A stretch of 64,000 nucleotides of DNA from the human T2T-CHM13v2.0 reference genome, Homo sapiens (GCF_009914755.1 NC_060928.1), one strand, 5' to 3'; shown: positions 42,520-56,037, counted from the stretch's first letter. A program made the numbers and translations. The notes: generated from the sequence alone by a model not told the origin.

Positions 42520-43725
42520 TACCCCTTCCTTACACCATAAACAAAAATCAACTCAAGATGGATTAAATATCAAACCTGAAACTATAAAAACCCTGGAAGA
42601 TAACCTAGGAAATACCTTTCTGGATATAGGACCAGGCAAATTTCATGAGGAAGACACCAAAAGCAATTTTTACAAAAACAGAAATTGACAAACGGGACCC
42701 AAATAAACTAAAGAGCTTTTGCACAGCAAAAGAAACTATTAAAAGAGTAAACAGACAACCTACAGAATGGGAGAAAATATTTGCAAACTATGCATCTGAC
42801 AAAGGTCTAATAAGAATCTATAAGGAACTTAAACAAATTTACAAGCAAAAACTGAACCCCATTAAAAAGTGGGCAGAGGACGTGAACAAGCACTTTTCAA
42901 AAGAAGACATATACGCGGCCAACAAGCATATGAAAAGAAGATCAACATCACTGATCATTACAGACATGCAAATCAGCACCACAATGAGATACTATCTCAC
43001 ACCAGTCAGAATGGCTATTATTAAAAAGTCAAAAAATAACAGATCCTGGTGAGGTTGTGGAGAAAAGGGAACACTTACACACTGCTGGTGGGAGTGTAAA
43101 TTAGTCCAGACAATATGAAAAGCAGGGTGGCAATGCCTCAAAAAACTTAAAACAGAATTACCATTCAGCTCAGCAATTCCATTATTGGGTATATACCCAA
43201 AGGAATATAAATTGTTCTACCATAAAGATGATACATGCATGTGAATGTTCGTTGCAGCACTATTCACGATAGCAAAGACTTGGAATCAATCTAAATGCCC
43301 GTCAACATTAGACTGGTTTAAAAAATATGGTACATATAGAAAAAGGAATACTATGCAGCCATAAAAAGAATGAGATTATGTCGTTTGCAGCAACATGGAT
43401 GGAGTTGGAGGCCATTATCCTCAGCAAACCACACAGGAACAGAAAACCAAGTATCGCATGTTCTCGTTTATAAGTGGGAGCTAAACTTTGAGTACATATT
43501 GACACAAAAAGGGAAACAATAGACATCAGGGCCTACTTGAGGGTGGAGGGTAGGTGAAGGGTGAGGATTGAAAAACCACCTATGCACTATGCTTATTACC
43601 TGGGTGACAAAATAATCTGTGCACAAATCCCTATGATACGCAATTTACCTGTAAAACAAACTTGCACATGTACCCCTGAACCTAAAATAAAAGTTAAAAA
43701 ATAAATAAGATGAAATAAAACAAAA
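42520..43725 (+). mobile_element. L1PA15/16-like 3' fragment
   Basis: ORF2 C-terminal remnant 42645-43052 ([29 protein letters not shown]); 3' UTR ending CCCTGAACCTAAAATAAAAG. Confidence 0.9.
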
Positions 43726-43795
43726 AGAATATTATTTTATCACTTAAATCAATTTACTTCAACCCTAGTTCTCCATCTCACTGAGTTGGTGGAAG

Positions 43796-44616
43796 GGAGA
43801 GGTGAAGCCAGCTGGGCTTCTGGGTCAGATGGGGACTTGGAGAAATTTTCCATCTACCTAAAGGATTGTAAACGCACCAATCCGCGCTCTGTGTCTAGCT
43901 AAAGGTTTGTAAACGCACCAATCACCACTCTGTAAAAACGCACCAATCAGCGCTCTGTGTCTAGCTAAAGGTTTATAAACGCACCAATCAGCACTCTGTA
44001 AAAACGCACCAATCAGTGCTCTGTGTCTAGCTAAAGGTATGTAAACACACCAATCAGCACTCTGTAAAAACGCACCAATCAGCACTCTGTAAAATGAACC
44101 AATCAGCACTCTGCAAAATGGACCAATCAGCAGGACATGGGTGGGGCCAAATAAGGGAATAAAAGCTGGCCACCCCAGCCAGCAGAGGCACCCACTCAGG
44201 TCCTTTTCTGTCTTGTGGATGTTTTGTTCTTTCTCTCTCTGCAGTAAATCCTACTGCTGCTCAGTTTTTGGGTCCGCACTACCTCTAAGAGCTGTAACAC
44301 TCACTGCGAAGGTCTGTGGCTTCACTCCTGAAGTCAGCGAGACCACGAACCCACAGGGAGGAATGAACAACTCCGGAGGCACCACCTTTAAGAGCTGTAA
44401 CACTCACTGTTAAGGTGTGCCACTTCACTCCTGAAGTGAACAAGACCACAGAACTCGCCAGAAGGAAGAAACTCCCGACACATCTGAACATCTGAAGGAA
44501 CAAACTCTGCACACACCATCTTTAAGAACGGTAACACTCACCGATAAGGGTCCGTGGCTTCATTGTTGAAGTCAGGGAGACCATGAACCCACTGGAATGA
44601 ACCAATTCTGAACACA
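43796..44616 (+). mobile_element. LTR12 (ERV9) solo LTR
   Basis: GAGAGGTGAAGCCAGCTGG start, tandem CACCAATCAGC(A/G)CTCTG units, GGGAATAAAAGC, U5 AAGAGCTGTAACACTCAC repeats; 4-bp TSD GAAG. Confidence 0.95.
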
Positions 44617-44659
44617 GAAGTGCCAATTCAGAGAGGGTTAGAGCTTCCTTTTCCCTAGG

Positions 44660-45018
44660 CTCTGGGGAACTGAACGTTTTTGTCTCCCCTGAAATTCATA
44701 TGTTGAATCCTAAATCCCCAGTGTATATTTGGAAGTGGGGCTGTGCGAAGGTAATTAGCTCATGAGGATAGAGCCCTTGTGAATGGATTAGTGCCCCTGT
44801 AAGACGAGAGACACAAGAGAGATGATCTTTCTCTACGTGAGGACACAATGAGAAGACAGTCATCTACAAACCAGGAAGAGGGCACTCAGCAGACAGTGGA
44901 CCTAGCAGCCCTTTGATCTTAGACTTCCCAGCTGCCAGACCTGTGGGAAACACATTTCTGTGGTTTAAATCGCCCAGCGTATGATACTGTGTTATGGCAG
45001 TCCAAAGAGACTAAAACA
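44660..45018 (+). mobile_element. MLT1A-like MaLR LTR
   Basis: AAATTCATATGTTGAATCCTAAATCCCCAGTG...CTTAGACTTCCCAGC...GACTAAAACA. Confidence 0.8.
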
Positions 45019-45691
45019 CGAGGGGCTGCAAAGGTCTTGGGGTTCAACAGAGCAGCTGGTCATCAATCATTTGCCTTCACTGGTCACTGAACTGTCCGTG
45101 GTCTTGGCCAGCAGTCAGGTACGTAACTGCAACTTTTGTGACATGCGTGTGGCTGAAGAATGTTGGCGGGGTTGGCAGCCCTGCCCTTGATGTCCCGCCT
45201 CCCTCCGAGACCCTGCAACCGTTTGCCTCTGAGGCCTGTTGCCTGTCAGCAGCATGGAGGTCTGCACTACTTTAGAGACCCAGGAGCAGCAGATCATCCC
45301 TGTCAGGACAGAATCCCTCCTTATTTCTCTCAACGGTGCTCCCCTTTCTTTCCTCTCCCTCTGAGACCCCTTGCATCATCATTTCGTGAAGGTTAGGCTT
45401 TACAAAACTGGGAATCACTGTTACCACCTTCTTTTCCTGCTCAGCAAAAGTCCCTGAGGTAAGGAAATTGTAAGGGTCTGGCTACTTGCTCGGAATAAGA
45501 AGAAGGAGAAAATCTGAAGGACCAACAAAACGATCAAAATGTGAAAAATTATTCTGTCTGGTCATTTTATATACTTTGTGCATTGGGAAGAAACTAATAA
45601 GCAGTTAGGCTATCTGTATGCTGTGCATTCTTGTTATGGGGGGAATTATGTCCCTCCAAGTTCATATGTTGAAGACCTAATCTCCAGTACC

Positions 45692-46241
45692 TCAAAGCTC
45701 CAGATTTTAACACTGATTTTGGGGGGTATAATTTAGTGGCAGTTCCAAATAATCATGATCCATGAAAAAGATGATTTTGTTCATTTCAAATCATAGAAGG
45801 TGGCTGGGCACAGTGGCTCATGCCTGTAATCCCAGCACTTTGGGAGGCTGAGGCAGTTGGATCACGAGGTCAGGAGTTCAAGACCAGCCTGGCCAAGATG
45901 GTGAAACCCCATCTTTACTAAAAATACAAAAATTAGCTGGGCGTGGTGGCTGTTGCCTGTAATCCCAGCTACTTGGGCGGCTGAGGCAGGAAATTGCTTG
46001 AACCCCGGAGGTGGAGGTTACAGTGAGCTGAGATCACGCCACTGCACTCCAGCCTGGGCGACAGAGCGAGACTCTGTCTCAAAAAAAAAAAAAAAAATTA
46101 TGCAAGCTACTATTTAAATTTTATTTTCAGTAATTCATTGACATTACATTTTTCCCTAAAAATTATCTTCACTCTTTCTGATGTTTCAGGTAATTCAGTA
46201 TTACTTAAAATGTAAAACATGCAATATTTATTAGTAAAACA
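45692..46241 (+). repeat. Diverged direct copy of 47543-47783 (with Alu inserted)
   Basis: TCAAAGCTCCA..TTTTAACACTGATTTTGGGG and TTTTCAGTAATTCATTGACATTACATTTTTCCCTAAAAATTATCTT shared with the downstream copy. Confidence 0.9.
45802..46097 (+). mobile_element. AluS
   Basis: Full dimer, GGATCACGAGGTCAGGAGTTC, A-tail. Confidence 0.93.
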
Positions 46242-46353
46242 GAACATGACTGTGTTTGTGAAAGGATCTTTAAAGAGATAATTAAATTAAAATGAGGTCT
46301 TTAGGGTGGGCCCTAATCCAATATGACTGGTGTTCCTATACGAAGAGGTTAAG

Positions 46354-46659
46354 GGCCGAACGTGGTGGCTCATGCCTGTAATCCCAGCACTTTGGGAGGC
46401 CTAGGTGGGCGGATCACAAGGTCAGGAGATCCAGACCATCCTGGCTAACACGGTGAAACCTCGTCTCTACTAAAAATACAAAAAATTAGCCGGGTGTAGT
46501 GGCGGGCGCCTGTAGTTCCAGCTACTCAGGAGGCTGAGGCAGGAGAATGGCATGAACCCGGGAGGTGGAGGTTGCAGGGAGCCGAGATCGCACCACTGGA
46601 CTCCAGCCTGGGCGACAGAGCAAAACTCCGTCTCAAAAAAAAAAAAAAAAGAAGAAGAA
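46354..46659 (+). mobile_element. AluY
   Basis: ACCATCCTGGCTAACACGG; A/(AAG)n tail; TSD GAAGAGGTTAAG. Confidence 0.93.
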
Positions 46660-47542
46660 GAAGAGGTTAAGATATAGACCTGTCCAGAGGGAAGACCATG
46701 TGAAGCCAGAGGGAAGTGACCATCTGCAAGTCAAGGAGAGAGGCTTCAGAAGGAACCAGTCTGCTGACACCTTGATCTCAGATTTCCAGACCCCCAAATG
46801 TGAAAGAATAAACTTCTGTTGCTTAGGCCACCCAATCCGTGGCGTTTGTTATGGAGCCCTAGCACAGTAATACACTTTCTTATGCCCCGAGGGGGAGCAA
46901 GGCAACAGCCCTGGGCTTTGTGTAAAAGAAAGAGTTGCTGGGGAGCGTCCCCTTACGACTGCGAGCCTCTGTGGCAGAACTTTAAATCACTGGCAGTAGT
47001 AGCAGTGGTAGTTTTTCCCTAAGCCACGTTCGGCCTCCAAGTGAGAGACGGCACATAGATCATAGGGAAGTTGTTTTGGGTAGGGCCTGAGGGCATCTTC
47101 TTTCACACTGCTCGTTCTCTCCCTCTTTGGAATGCTACCGAGCACCACCCCACCTGCTCAGATGGCTTTTCATGGAGGTGCGCATGTTTCATTCCTGGAA
47201 ACCACACAAGTATTCCAGTTGCATCAGCCTCTAGTGTGCCCAGCACATGATAAATGCGTGATTCTCCAATAATCAGAGAGTTGCGTAACTATTAAATATA
47301 GGTCCTCAAGTGTTTATCCATCCTGTTGATGATCTATCTGGCACTTATGATAAAGTTCTGTTATTTGCAATTAATCCCAACCAGCATGTTTCTTTCAGAA
47401 GTTAACAATAAGCATTTTAAAGACTTTGCTGTCTTTGTCTGGGATATTAATTTCTTCCCATATACATAATTTTACCTCTTATTGTTGTCGGTCACTTTTT
47501 ATTGGGGGGAAGTAAAATGAAACAACAAAAAAATACATTATT

Positions 47543-47783
47543 TCAAAGCTCCAAATTTTAACACTGATTTTGGGGAGTACAATTTAGCGGCTGTTCCAAA
47601 TAATCACAACCCATGAGAAAATGATTTGATTCCTTAAAAAATATAGAAGCTATTGTTTAAATTTCATTTTCAGTAATTCATTGACATTACATTTTTCCCT
47701 AAAAATTATCTTTACTCTTTCTGTTGTTTCAGATAATTCAGTATTTCTTAAAATGTAAAACATGCGATATTTATTAAAAAACA
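47543..47783 (+). repeat. Probable source copy of the local ~240-bp duplication
   Basis: Colinear with 45692-45800 plus 46104-46241. Confidence 0.9.
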
Positions 47784-48107
47784 TAAAATAGCAAAACTAT
47801 AGTCAATAGACATTGAGTCAACATTGTCATTTCATTCCTTGACATTACAGACAAATACCCTTCAATCTTTTGGAAAAATAAAATGCCTAATATGTTTATT
47901 TATCTCATCTTCATTATCCTAAAATATGTGCTCTCTCTCTCTCACACACACACACCCCACACACCTTTATAAAGCATACTTTCTGAAAATGAAACTTTTA
48001 ATAGACATGTATCCTAAGAGGGCTTTAATACATGGGGTTTTTACTTGTTGAGCCATTCAAACCACACTCACATAAATATATTAGCTAATGCTGTAAGATG
48101 CCTGCTA

Positions 48108-48395
<288 letters not shown>

Positions 48396-49217
48396 TGTTT
48401 TTTTTTTTTTTAAAGGCCTTTTAATAAGCAGGAAGATTTGATGGCCCAAAAGGACAGGAAGACTTAGGCTTGCATTAGATACTAAAATCATGACGCATCT
48501 TTCCTGGTTTTGCCATTTTAAATTTCACATAATTTTATAATAATGTTTACTTCCTTGCTGTAATGCTTTATTTTTCTCCAAAAATTTTTACCATTTTATT
48601 CATAATGAAGAGTAACTTCTAGTTCTTTGAATAATTAGGAAGCAGTCATAAACATTAGCTCAAAATGGAAAGTAATGATGTTTTTTGAGTGAAAATTGAA
48701 TTAGGAAAATAAAAAAGAGGCACAAGCCAGGCATAGGTAGCCAATATGAAATTATTGCAGAATAAGTCGTTCTTAATGGAATATATGTGTTTCATAATGT
48801 GCTCTCTCAGTTCATGTTAGGCCCAGAAATCTTACAGTGCTATCAAAATGGGGAAAGATAGAATGGGTATTATTTGTTAAATAAATAATCACTTGAGTGA
48901 ATGAATAAATGGTAGTATAAAATAAAGTATCTGATACGTTGTTAAATCATTTAACATAGATTTAACATAGAATTAGAGTTAGTCCCAGAAGACCATTGTC
49001 AACATGACTTTAGCCATTTTTTCTTTAGAAAATAGATTTCTCTTTTTCTTTTTTTTTTTCTCTTGCTTTTATTCCTAAAACCCAAATAAAATAAAAGGAG
49101 GCGGGCTTATGTGCTCTTTGATCAGGGCTCTGGTTTCATTTTTCTACTTATTTCTCAGTTTCACCCTGTTAGGTCTGGGATTTGATTTTACTGTCTTTAC
49201 AGGCTACTAAATTAGCT

Positions 49218-49638
49218 TGTTACTGTTTCATAGGTGCTGGAAGAACATATTAAACTTCTGGGTCAGAGACAAAGAACTTTACTACTCAGGGCTCTGCAAG
49301 CAGCAGAAACATCAGCATGTTTGCATCAGTTCACCTTGCCCCAAGCCCCATAAGGGTGACACAATATGACCCAGATGGATGCTACACACACAGAGGGTTT
49401 GTATCACAGCTAGGGGGCACTGAGCTTAGATAATTCATTGCTTTTATAATAATGAGTTAGCAAATCTGCTCTTTGTTTCTGATTGAGATATTATCTTTTT
49501 TCTCAAGGTTGCTTGCTATAAACATAATCCTGAGAAATGGCTCAGGAAAAAAGGCATCAGGACGTTGCATTCTGGCATACCCAGAAAGACATATAGAAGC
49601 ACTAGAGACCCATGAAGGACTGACTGTCTCTCCCAACA
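49218..49638 (-). mobile_element. LTR40-like ERVL solo LTR
   Basis: Reverse strand begins TGTTGGGAGA...CATGGGTCTCT, ends ...TAACA. Confidence 0.6.
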
Positions 49639-50099
49639 CACCTTGTGGTGGTTTTGTCTTCACATTGGCTTTCTCCATTGGCTGCAAATCAGTATCCATG
49701 GAGAAGAGGCCTTGCCCTGACGGCAATCCAGAGAAGTCTTGAGCTTCCCTGTGATTGGAGCATACATGAATTAATCACTCAGGCCAAGGAAATCTCCTTG
49801 ATTTTGGCTCAGGTTTTGTACCTATCTCTGTGTTAAGGAGGAATAATTACTCTGATTGCCTTAGATCAACACTGCTGGGGTGGGAGGATCAATTCTACCT
49901 AAACCAATAGCTACTAACCAATGGGAAATAGAATGTTAGGGAGGTGGCCACTACCTATTCCACACGGTCTCTAAGGTGTATAATTGAGGAATTTTGGTCT
50001 ATTTCAAATGTTCCAAGTCTAATAAAGTAAACAAAAAAATAAATTAGAACTCTTTGTCTCTCTTTTCTATGTCTTTATTCTGGGAACTCTTATTTATTT

Positions 50100-51150
<1,051 letters not shown>

Positions 51151-51579
51151 CATGAGATAAGCATCAGGGAATACATAAGACCTGGAGGCAGAATAGCAAT
51201 GATTAAGAATAGGTATTAGGGCAGACAAATTCGGGCAGACAAAAGTTCAAACCCTGGCTCTATCGCTTAGGATTTAAAGCACTGTTAATTATCAGTAAAA
51301 GAGAAACACTAATACCTATCTAGCATGGTTGCTTTGAAAATAAATACAACATTATATTTCAAGTTCCTGCACAGAGTAAATCTTTGATAAGAGTGGCTAC
51401 AGAGGCAAGAAGAAAGCCTAGAGCTTGCTGGGCCCAAGAAGCCTAAGGGAGAAATGATTTAAGGAGGACACCATCACTAATTTGAAGCTAGACTTGAGTG
51501 GATTGAGGAGCAGAAGGGACATGAAAAAGTAAAAAGAACAAATATGAAAGTGTTTTTTTTCTTTGTTCTCAGAGCTCAT

Positions 51580-52038
51580 TTTTAAAAAATTTTTACTTTA
51601 AGTTCTGGGATACATGTGCAGAACATGCAGGTTTGTTACATAGGTATACATGTGCCATGGTTGTTTGCTGCACCTATCAACCCGTCATCTAGGTTTTAAG
51701 CCCCGCATGCGTTATGTGTTGTAATGCTCTCCCTCCCTTTGTACCCCACCCTCCGACAGGCCTCAGTGTGTGATGTTTCCCTCCCTGTGTCTATGTGTTC
51801 TCATTGTTCAACTCCCACTTATGAGTGAGAACATGTGGTGTTTGGTTTACTGTTCCTGTGCTAGTTTGCTGAGAATGATGGCTTCCAGCTTCATCCATGT
51901 CCCCTGCAAAGGACATTAACACATTCTTTTTTTATGGCTGCATAGTATTCCATGGTGTATATGTGCCATATTTTCTTTATCCAGTCTATCATTGATGGAC
52001 ATTTGGGTTGGTTCCAAGTCTTTGCTATTGTAATTAGT
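51580..52038 (-). mobile_element. L1PA7-like 3' end
   Basis: TTTAAGTTCTGGGATACATGTGCAG...CCCGTCATCTAGGTTTTAAGCCCCGCATGC; flanks TCA(G/A)AGCTCAT. Confidence 0.9.
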
Positions 52039-52288
52039 GTCAAAGCTCATATTTTATGATGTCTCTTGTAACTATTGTTTAAAGGAAAGACTGGGAAAGT
52101 CAATTCGTGTTTCTGAAAAGAATCAAACTTGGGATGAGTATCTGGCCCTCATGACCTTCAAAGGGTCTGTCTCTTCCAGTGCCACAATCTCTGATTTCAT
52201 TGTCCTCACTCCAGTGATGAGTCACAAATAAAATCACTTGATGCCTTTGGCTTCTGGGGAGCATGGGCTGTGTAAAATGTTCATTGTA

Positions 52289-52507
52289 CCACAGGTCCTT
52301 GAATAATGCCATTTTATTCAACATTGTTTCATGACAACATTGATGAGAAAAAAAAATGTATTTCCAGCTGGGGCCACTGTTTGTATGGAGTTTGAAAGTT
52401 CTCCCCATGTCTGTATAGGTTTTCTCCAGGTCCTCTGGTTTCCTGCTACATCCCAAAGCTGTGCTCATGAGATGAACTGGCATGTCTAAATGGTCCCCAT
52501 CTGAGTG

Positions 52508-52548
<41 letters not shown>

Positions 52549-53145
52549 ACCCTCTGATGGGACGGTCAGGGCTGTCCAGGGCTGATTCCTGCCTTGCGCC
52601 CTAAGCTGCAGGGAGAGGCTCAAGCCACTGGAGATCCTGAATGGGAATAAGTGGGTTGGAGGAGGAATGAATGTATGGATGCAAATTATTTTCAAAAAAA
52701 ATTCATAAAATATATGTTAATCACACAAATGCACAGCAATAGATGATGCTGTATGAAATTTCTCAGTGAGCCTGCTATATTTGTGGTGGTTTTGAACTGC
52801 ATTGTGACAGGAGGTACTCCTTATAATTTTCCTTTTGCAAACATTTATTCCTTGATTGAACCCACCACCACTACAGCTGCCCTCACTCACTGATTCACCA
52901 AAAATTGGGTCCATGATTATCTTGTTTTTATTAATCTTTCTTAAATGCATGTGTAGCTGACATTTATTTCCATGTTTAATATTAGAAGTGTTTTAATCTT
53001 ATTTAAAAGTTTGGTGATGTCTTTGTGACCAGAAATAGACTGTAGTCACTTAACCTTGTTTTTATCAATTAGTCGATGGTAAAATTGGTTTTAAAGTCAC
53101 AGTTTCCATGAACCTATCTGTGACGTTTTAAGTGAGGACTTACTG
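52289..53145 (+). mobile_element. MER6 (TcMar-Tigger) full-length, with internal (GT)n at ~52511-52547
   Basis: TA-flanked; CAGGTCCTTGAATAATG...GGGGCCACTGTTTGTATGGAGTTTG..GTTCTCCCC...AAGTGAGGACTTACTG. Confidence 0.85.
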
Positions 53146-53869
53146 TATATAGTGCTTCTTAGTGCTGAAACAGGCAGTGTGTCTGGAAATTTTGTTTGGT
53201 ACCACAAGTAACACAAACAAACTTTCCCAGGCTCTTCCTTATTTAGTATGTTTTTATGTGGATGAATGTTATGGAAAACAAAAGTATTATAGGAAAATTA
53301 AAATGTCCTTTTTGTACATTTTTGGCAGATTGTATTCAGATTTAAAACATTTAAATATTTGGAATATACAAAATCTGCTTTTATATTGGACCACCCAGAT
53401 TCATGACATGGGATGACAAACTATAAAAATAAGAAACCTGTAGGTGACATTGTACATTTTCTGCAGTTGACTAACTGTTGGGTTTGGGTTTAAGAAGATC
53501 AGCAGGTAGAAAGAAAACAAAACACGTTAAAATTTAACATACCCAAAACTATGCAATAGATGTAATTATAAGAATGTAGTTTCCAGGAGAAAAATTCATA
53601 TTCATTTTCTCTCTTTCTTTCTCCCTTTCTGTCTCTTCTCTTCCCCTTTCTCTAAATATATGGTTCAGAAAGGTACTTTTCAGAGCTGGAGGTTTATTAA
53701 CAAAAAGTTTGTGCTTTCTTTTGTTTCCTCTTATAGGAATAATTCAGCAGAATGCAGACAGAAAAGTAGTAATTTAACTCATTTTAACTCTTTTTTGTCT
53801 ATTCCATTCATAAATGTGGCAAGTCTCAAAACATTTATTTGAGAGAATCTAATCCTCTAGTAGTTGAAT

Positions 53870-54380
53870 TCCCAACGCTCCTATTTTAGGACGTCATTCA
53901 TGGCGTGGAGATTAAACCTTCATGTGTCCTTTACTATTTACAGAATTATTAAATGTAAGTTTTTCAATCATACTTATACCATTAACTGCTTGGATTTAAT
54001 CTGTTAGTGCAAGATAACTTTGGCTCTCCCTTCCGTCCTCCTTTCCCTTATCTCGCCCCACGTGAGGACATTCTCCTGTGTGTGAAGCTGCTTTCCTTTC
54101 CTCGAAGGTGGGCCGAGCAAAGGAGAGTGACGCAAGAGTGGGCTGTGTCCTGGATGCTGCGAGCGCCTCTGCCTCCTTGAGAATGAGCCCATTAGCCGCA
54201 CAAATTCGCAGCAGGCGGCTGGGGCGGCGGCTGGGGCAGCGGCTGCAGCAGCGGCGGACGCTCTGCATTACCCAGTCTTGCGTCCTCGGCAGGCGCCCGA
54301 AGCTGAGTGCGCATCCTCTACCGCACCCAAGCTTCGTCTGTCTCGTCAAGCTCTTCATGCTGCCCAACTAAAAGGAAAAC
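53870..54380 (+). promoter_or_regulatory. SYNPO2: SYNPO2 proximal promoter and 5' UTR (small CpG-rich patch)
   Basis: CpG enrichment 54040-54350; GATA sites at ~54012 and ~54047; CACGTG 54059-54064; (GCGGCTGGGGC)-type repeats 54212-54258; TSS not determinable. Confidence 0.75.
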
Positions 54381-54485
54381 ATGGGCACAGGGGATTTTAT
54401 CTGCATTTCCATGACTGGAGGGGCGCCCTGGGGGTTCAGATTGCAAGGTGGCAAGGAGCAGAAGCAGCCCTTACAAGTTGCAAAG
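54381..54485 (+). CDS. SYNPO2: Synaptopodin-2 (myopodin) first coding exon, N-terminal part of PDZ domain
   Basis: Translates MGTGDFICISMTGGAPWGFRLQGGKEQKQPLQVAK with PDZ carboxylate-loop PWGFRL; strong Kozak AAC-ATG-G; phase-0 donor AAG|GTAGGA. Confidence 0.96.
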
Positions 54486-56037
54486 GTAGGACCTGAACGA
54501 AGTGTCACGGCTCTGTGCTAGGAAGGAAGGAATGAAAGCAACCTGCTGATGGTGTTTTCAGGTTCTGATGCAGAAGTCTAAGTATTATTTGATTTTGCTG
54601 CGGATATTAAGATTTTTCTAGGAAGTGAGTTATTTTCTAAGAAACTTTGGAGAGTAATGGGCCACATCCTATGTAATTAACTTGCAATCGATGAGGGGTG
54701 GGTGGGAAGAATGCCATATTTATCAGCTGAGGAAAAGGCCTAGTTAACCATGTTCTTCTGACAACAAGCAAGACACTGGGGAGCGTTTCTTCCAGGCAAT
54801 TTTAGAATGTTCAGTTGAGTTATTGTTTGATGTCACTTCACTTGGCTCTGGCAGAGGAGAAACGCTCAGTTCAGCATAACGACTTTGCTTGGCTATTTTG
54901 GGGACTCATATAGAGTGTTGGTAGTGACATTTATTATGCAGCATTCATGAAAAGGCCAATGTTGGGCAATAATTTTAAAAGTATGATGAAGTGTCATAAA
55001 ATCTATTTAAAAGAATACCCTTTTAAGGATTTGACAAATAAATGCAAAAATCCAATAAATGCTGTATTCCTTCTTATGTACTCTTTTGGTCAAGATCTCA
55101 AAAATAAACTTAGAAGATAATCTAAATATATTATGAGTAACTAAGAGGTAACTTTGTAACACATTAATAACTATTTAAAATGCTTTAAGTTTTTATTGCC
55201 ATTAGATTGCCTGCATTACTGGTTAGCCCAAGGGGATCTGGTATTCTCTAATTGGCATTCAGCTAAAATAAAACTTAAAATGCACAAAACTAAGCAAACT
55301 TTTACCTAACCTTATCATCAAATTGCAAATTATAGTATTGTATTGAAGAACATGCAAGAGCATGGGATTAATTTCCTATTTTATGCTTATATTAAAAATG
55401 GGTACAGATCTTTATGAAATACATGGGCCATTGCCTTTGTAGTTATTGTTTGTTTCCCTCTGGCTTTTACTCTTTTTTTTTTGTAGTTATTGTTTCCCTC
55501 TGCCTTTTACGTTTTTTTTTTTTTAGTGTCCTTTGCGAAGAAAGAAGTTTCTTTGAAACTCCTTTTTGCTTCCAGGCATCATATGTAAATCCTTTCGTAA
55601 TGTGATGGTGGAATCCTGCCACCTAGTGAAAATTGCAAACATCAAGAATGAACCATAAAACAGTAGATGAAAAGCAGAGTTTTTATTACTGGAAAGTTCC
55701 TCCGAGGTCTGCAGTTCAACCCATGAATTTTAGATGAGGAAAGAGCCCAGAGATGTTAAGTAACTTGCCTTAAGTTTTCAGCTTGGAACTGGCAGAGTGA
55801 TTAAAGGCTCAGAAAGGTGGTTTTGTTGGGTTCCTTTAGGAGTCAATAGCAGGCAACCTCAGATAAAATATGAATGCCCAATTTAGCATATGTAGAATTC
55901 ATGACACTGAAGCAGATTTGTCCCGAGTCTAGAATAGCAGTTGGCTGGCTCTAGGTATGAGATTTGGGTTCTAATTCCAGCTCTGATCTAACTTGCAGCC
56001 TGGCCTTAGGAAAATCTCTCACCCTTCCTGTCTCATC

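Larger units (their letters stand above)
45632..46874 (+). mobile_element. MLT1B-like MaLR LTR, interrupted by a duplicated segment and two Alus
   Basis: TTCATATGTTGAAGACCTAATCTCCAGTACCTCA | GAACATGACTG...GGGTGGGCCCTAATCCAATATGACTGGTG...GCCCTAGCACAGTAATACA. Confidence 0.8.

Noticed and set aside
43860-44135. Regularly spaced repeats resembling a CRISPR array
   Set aside because: No unique spacers or cas genes; these are the LTR12 U3 tandem CCAAT units
53880-53890. CCTATTTTAGG as CArG/MEF2 site in the SYNPO2 promoter
   Set aside because: Seven A/T bases between CC and GG and one base short for MEF2; not canonical
54278-54496. 72-aa ORF overlapping SYNPO2 exon 1
   Set aside because: TTG start and out of frame with the recognisable PDZ sequence; the real CDS starts at 54381
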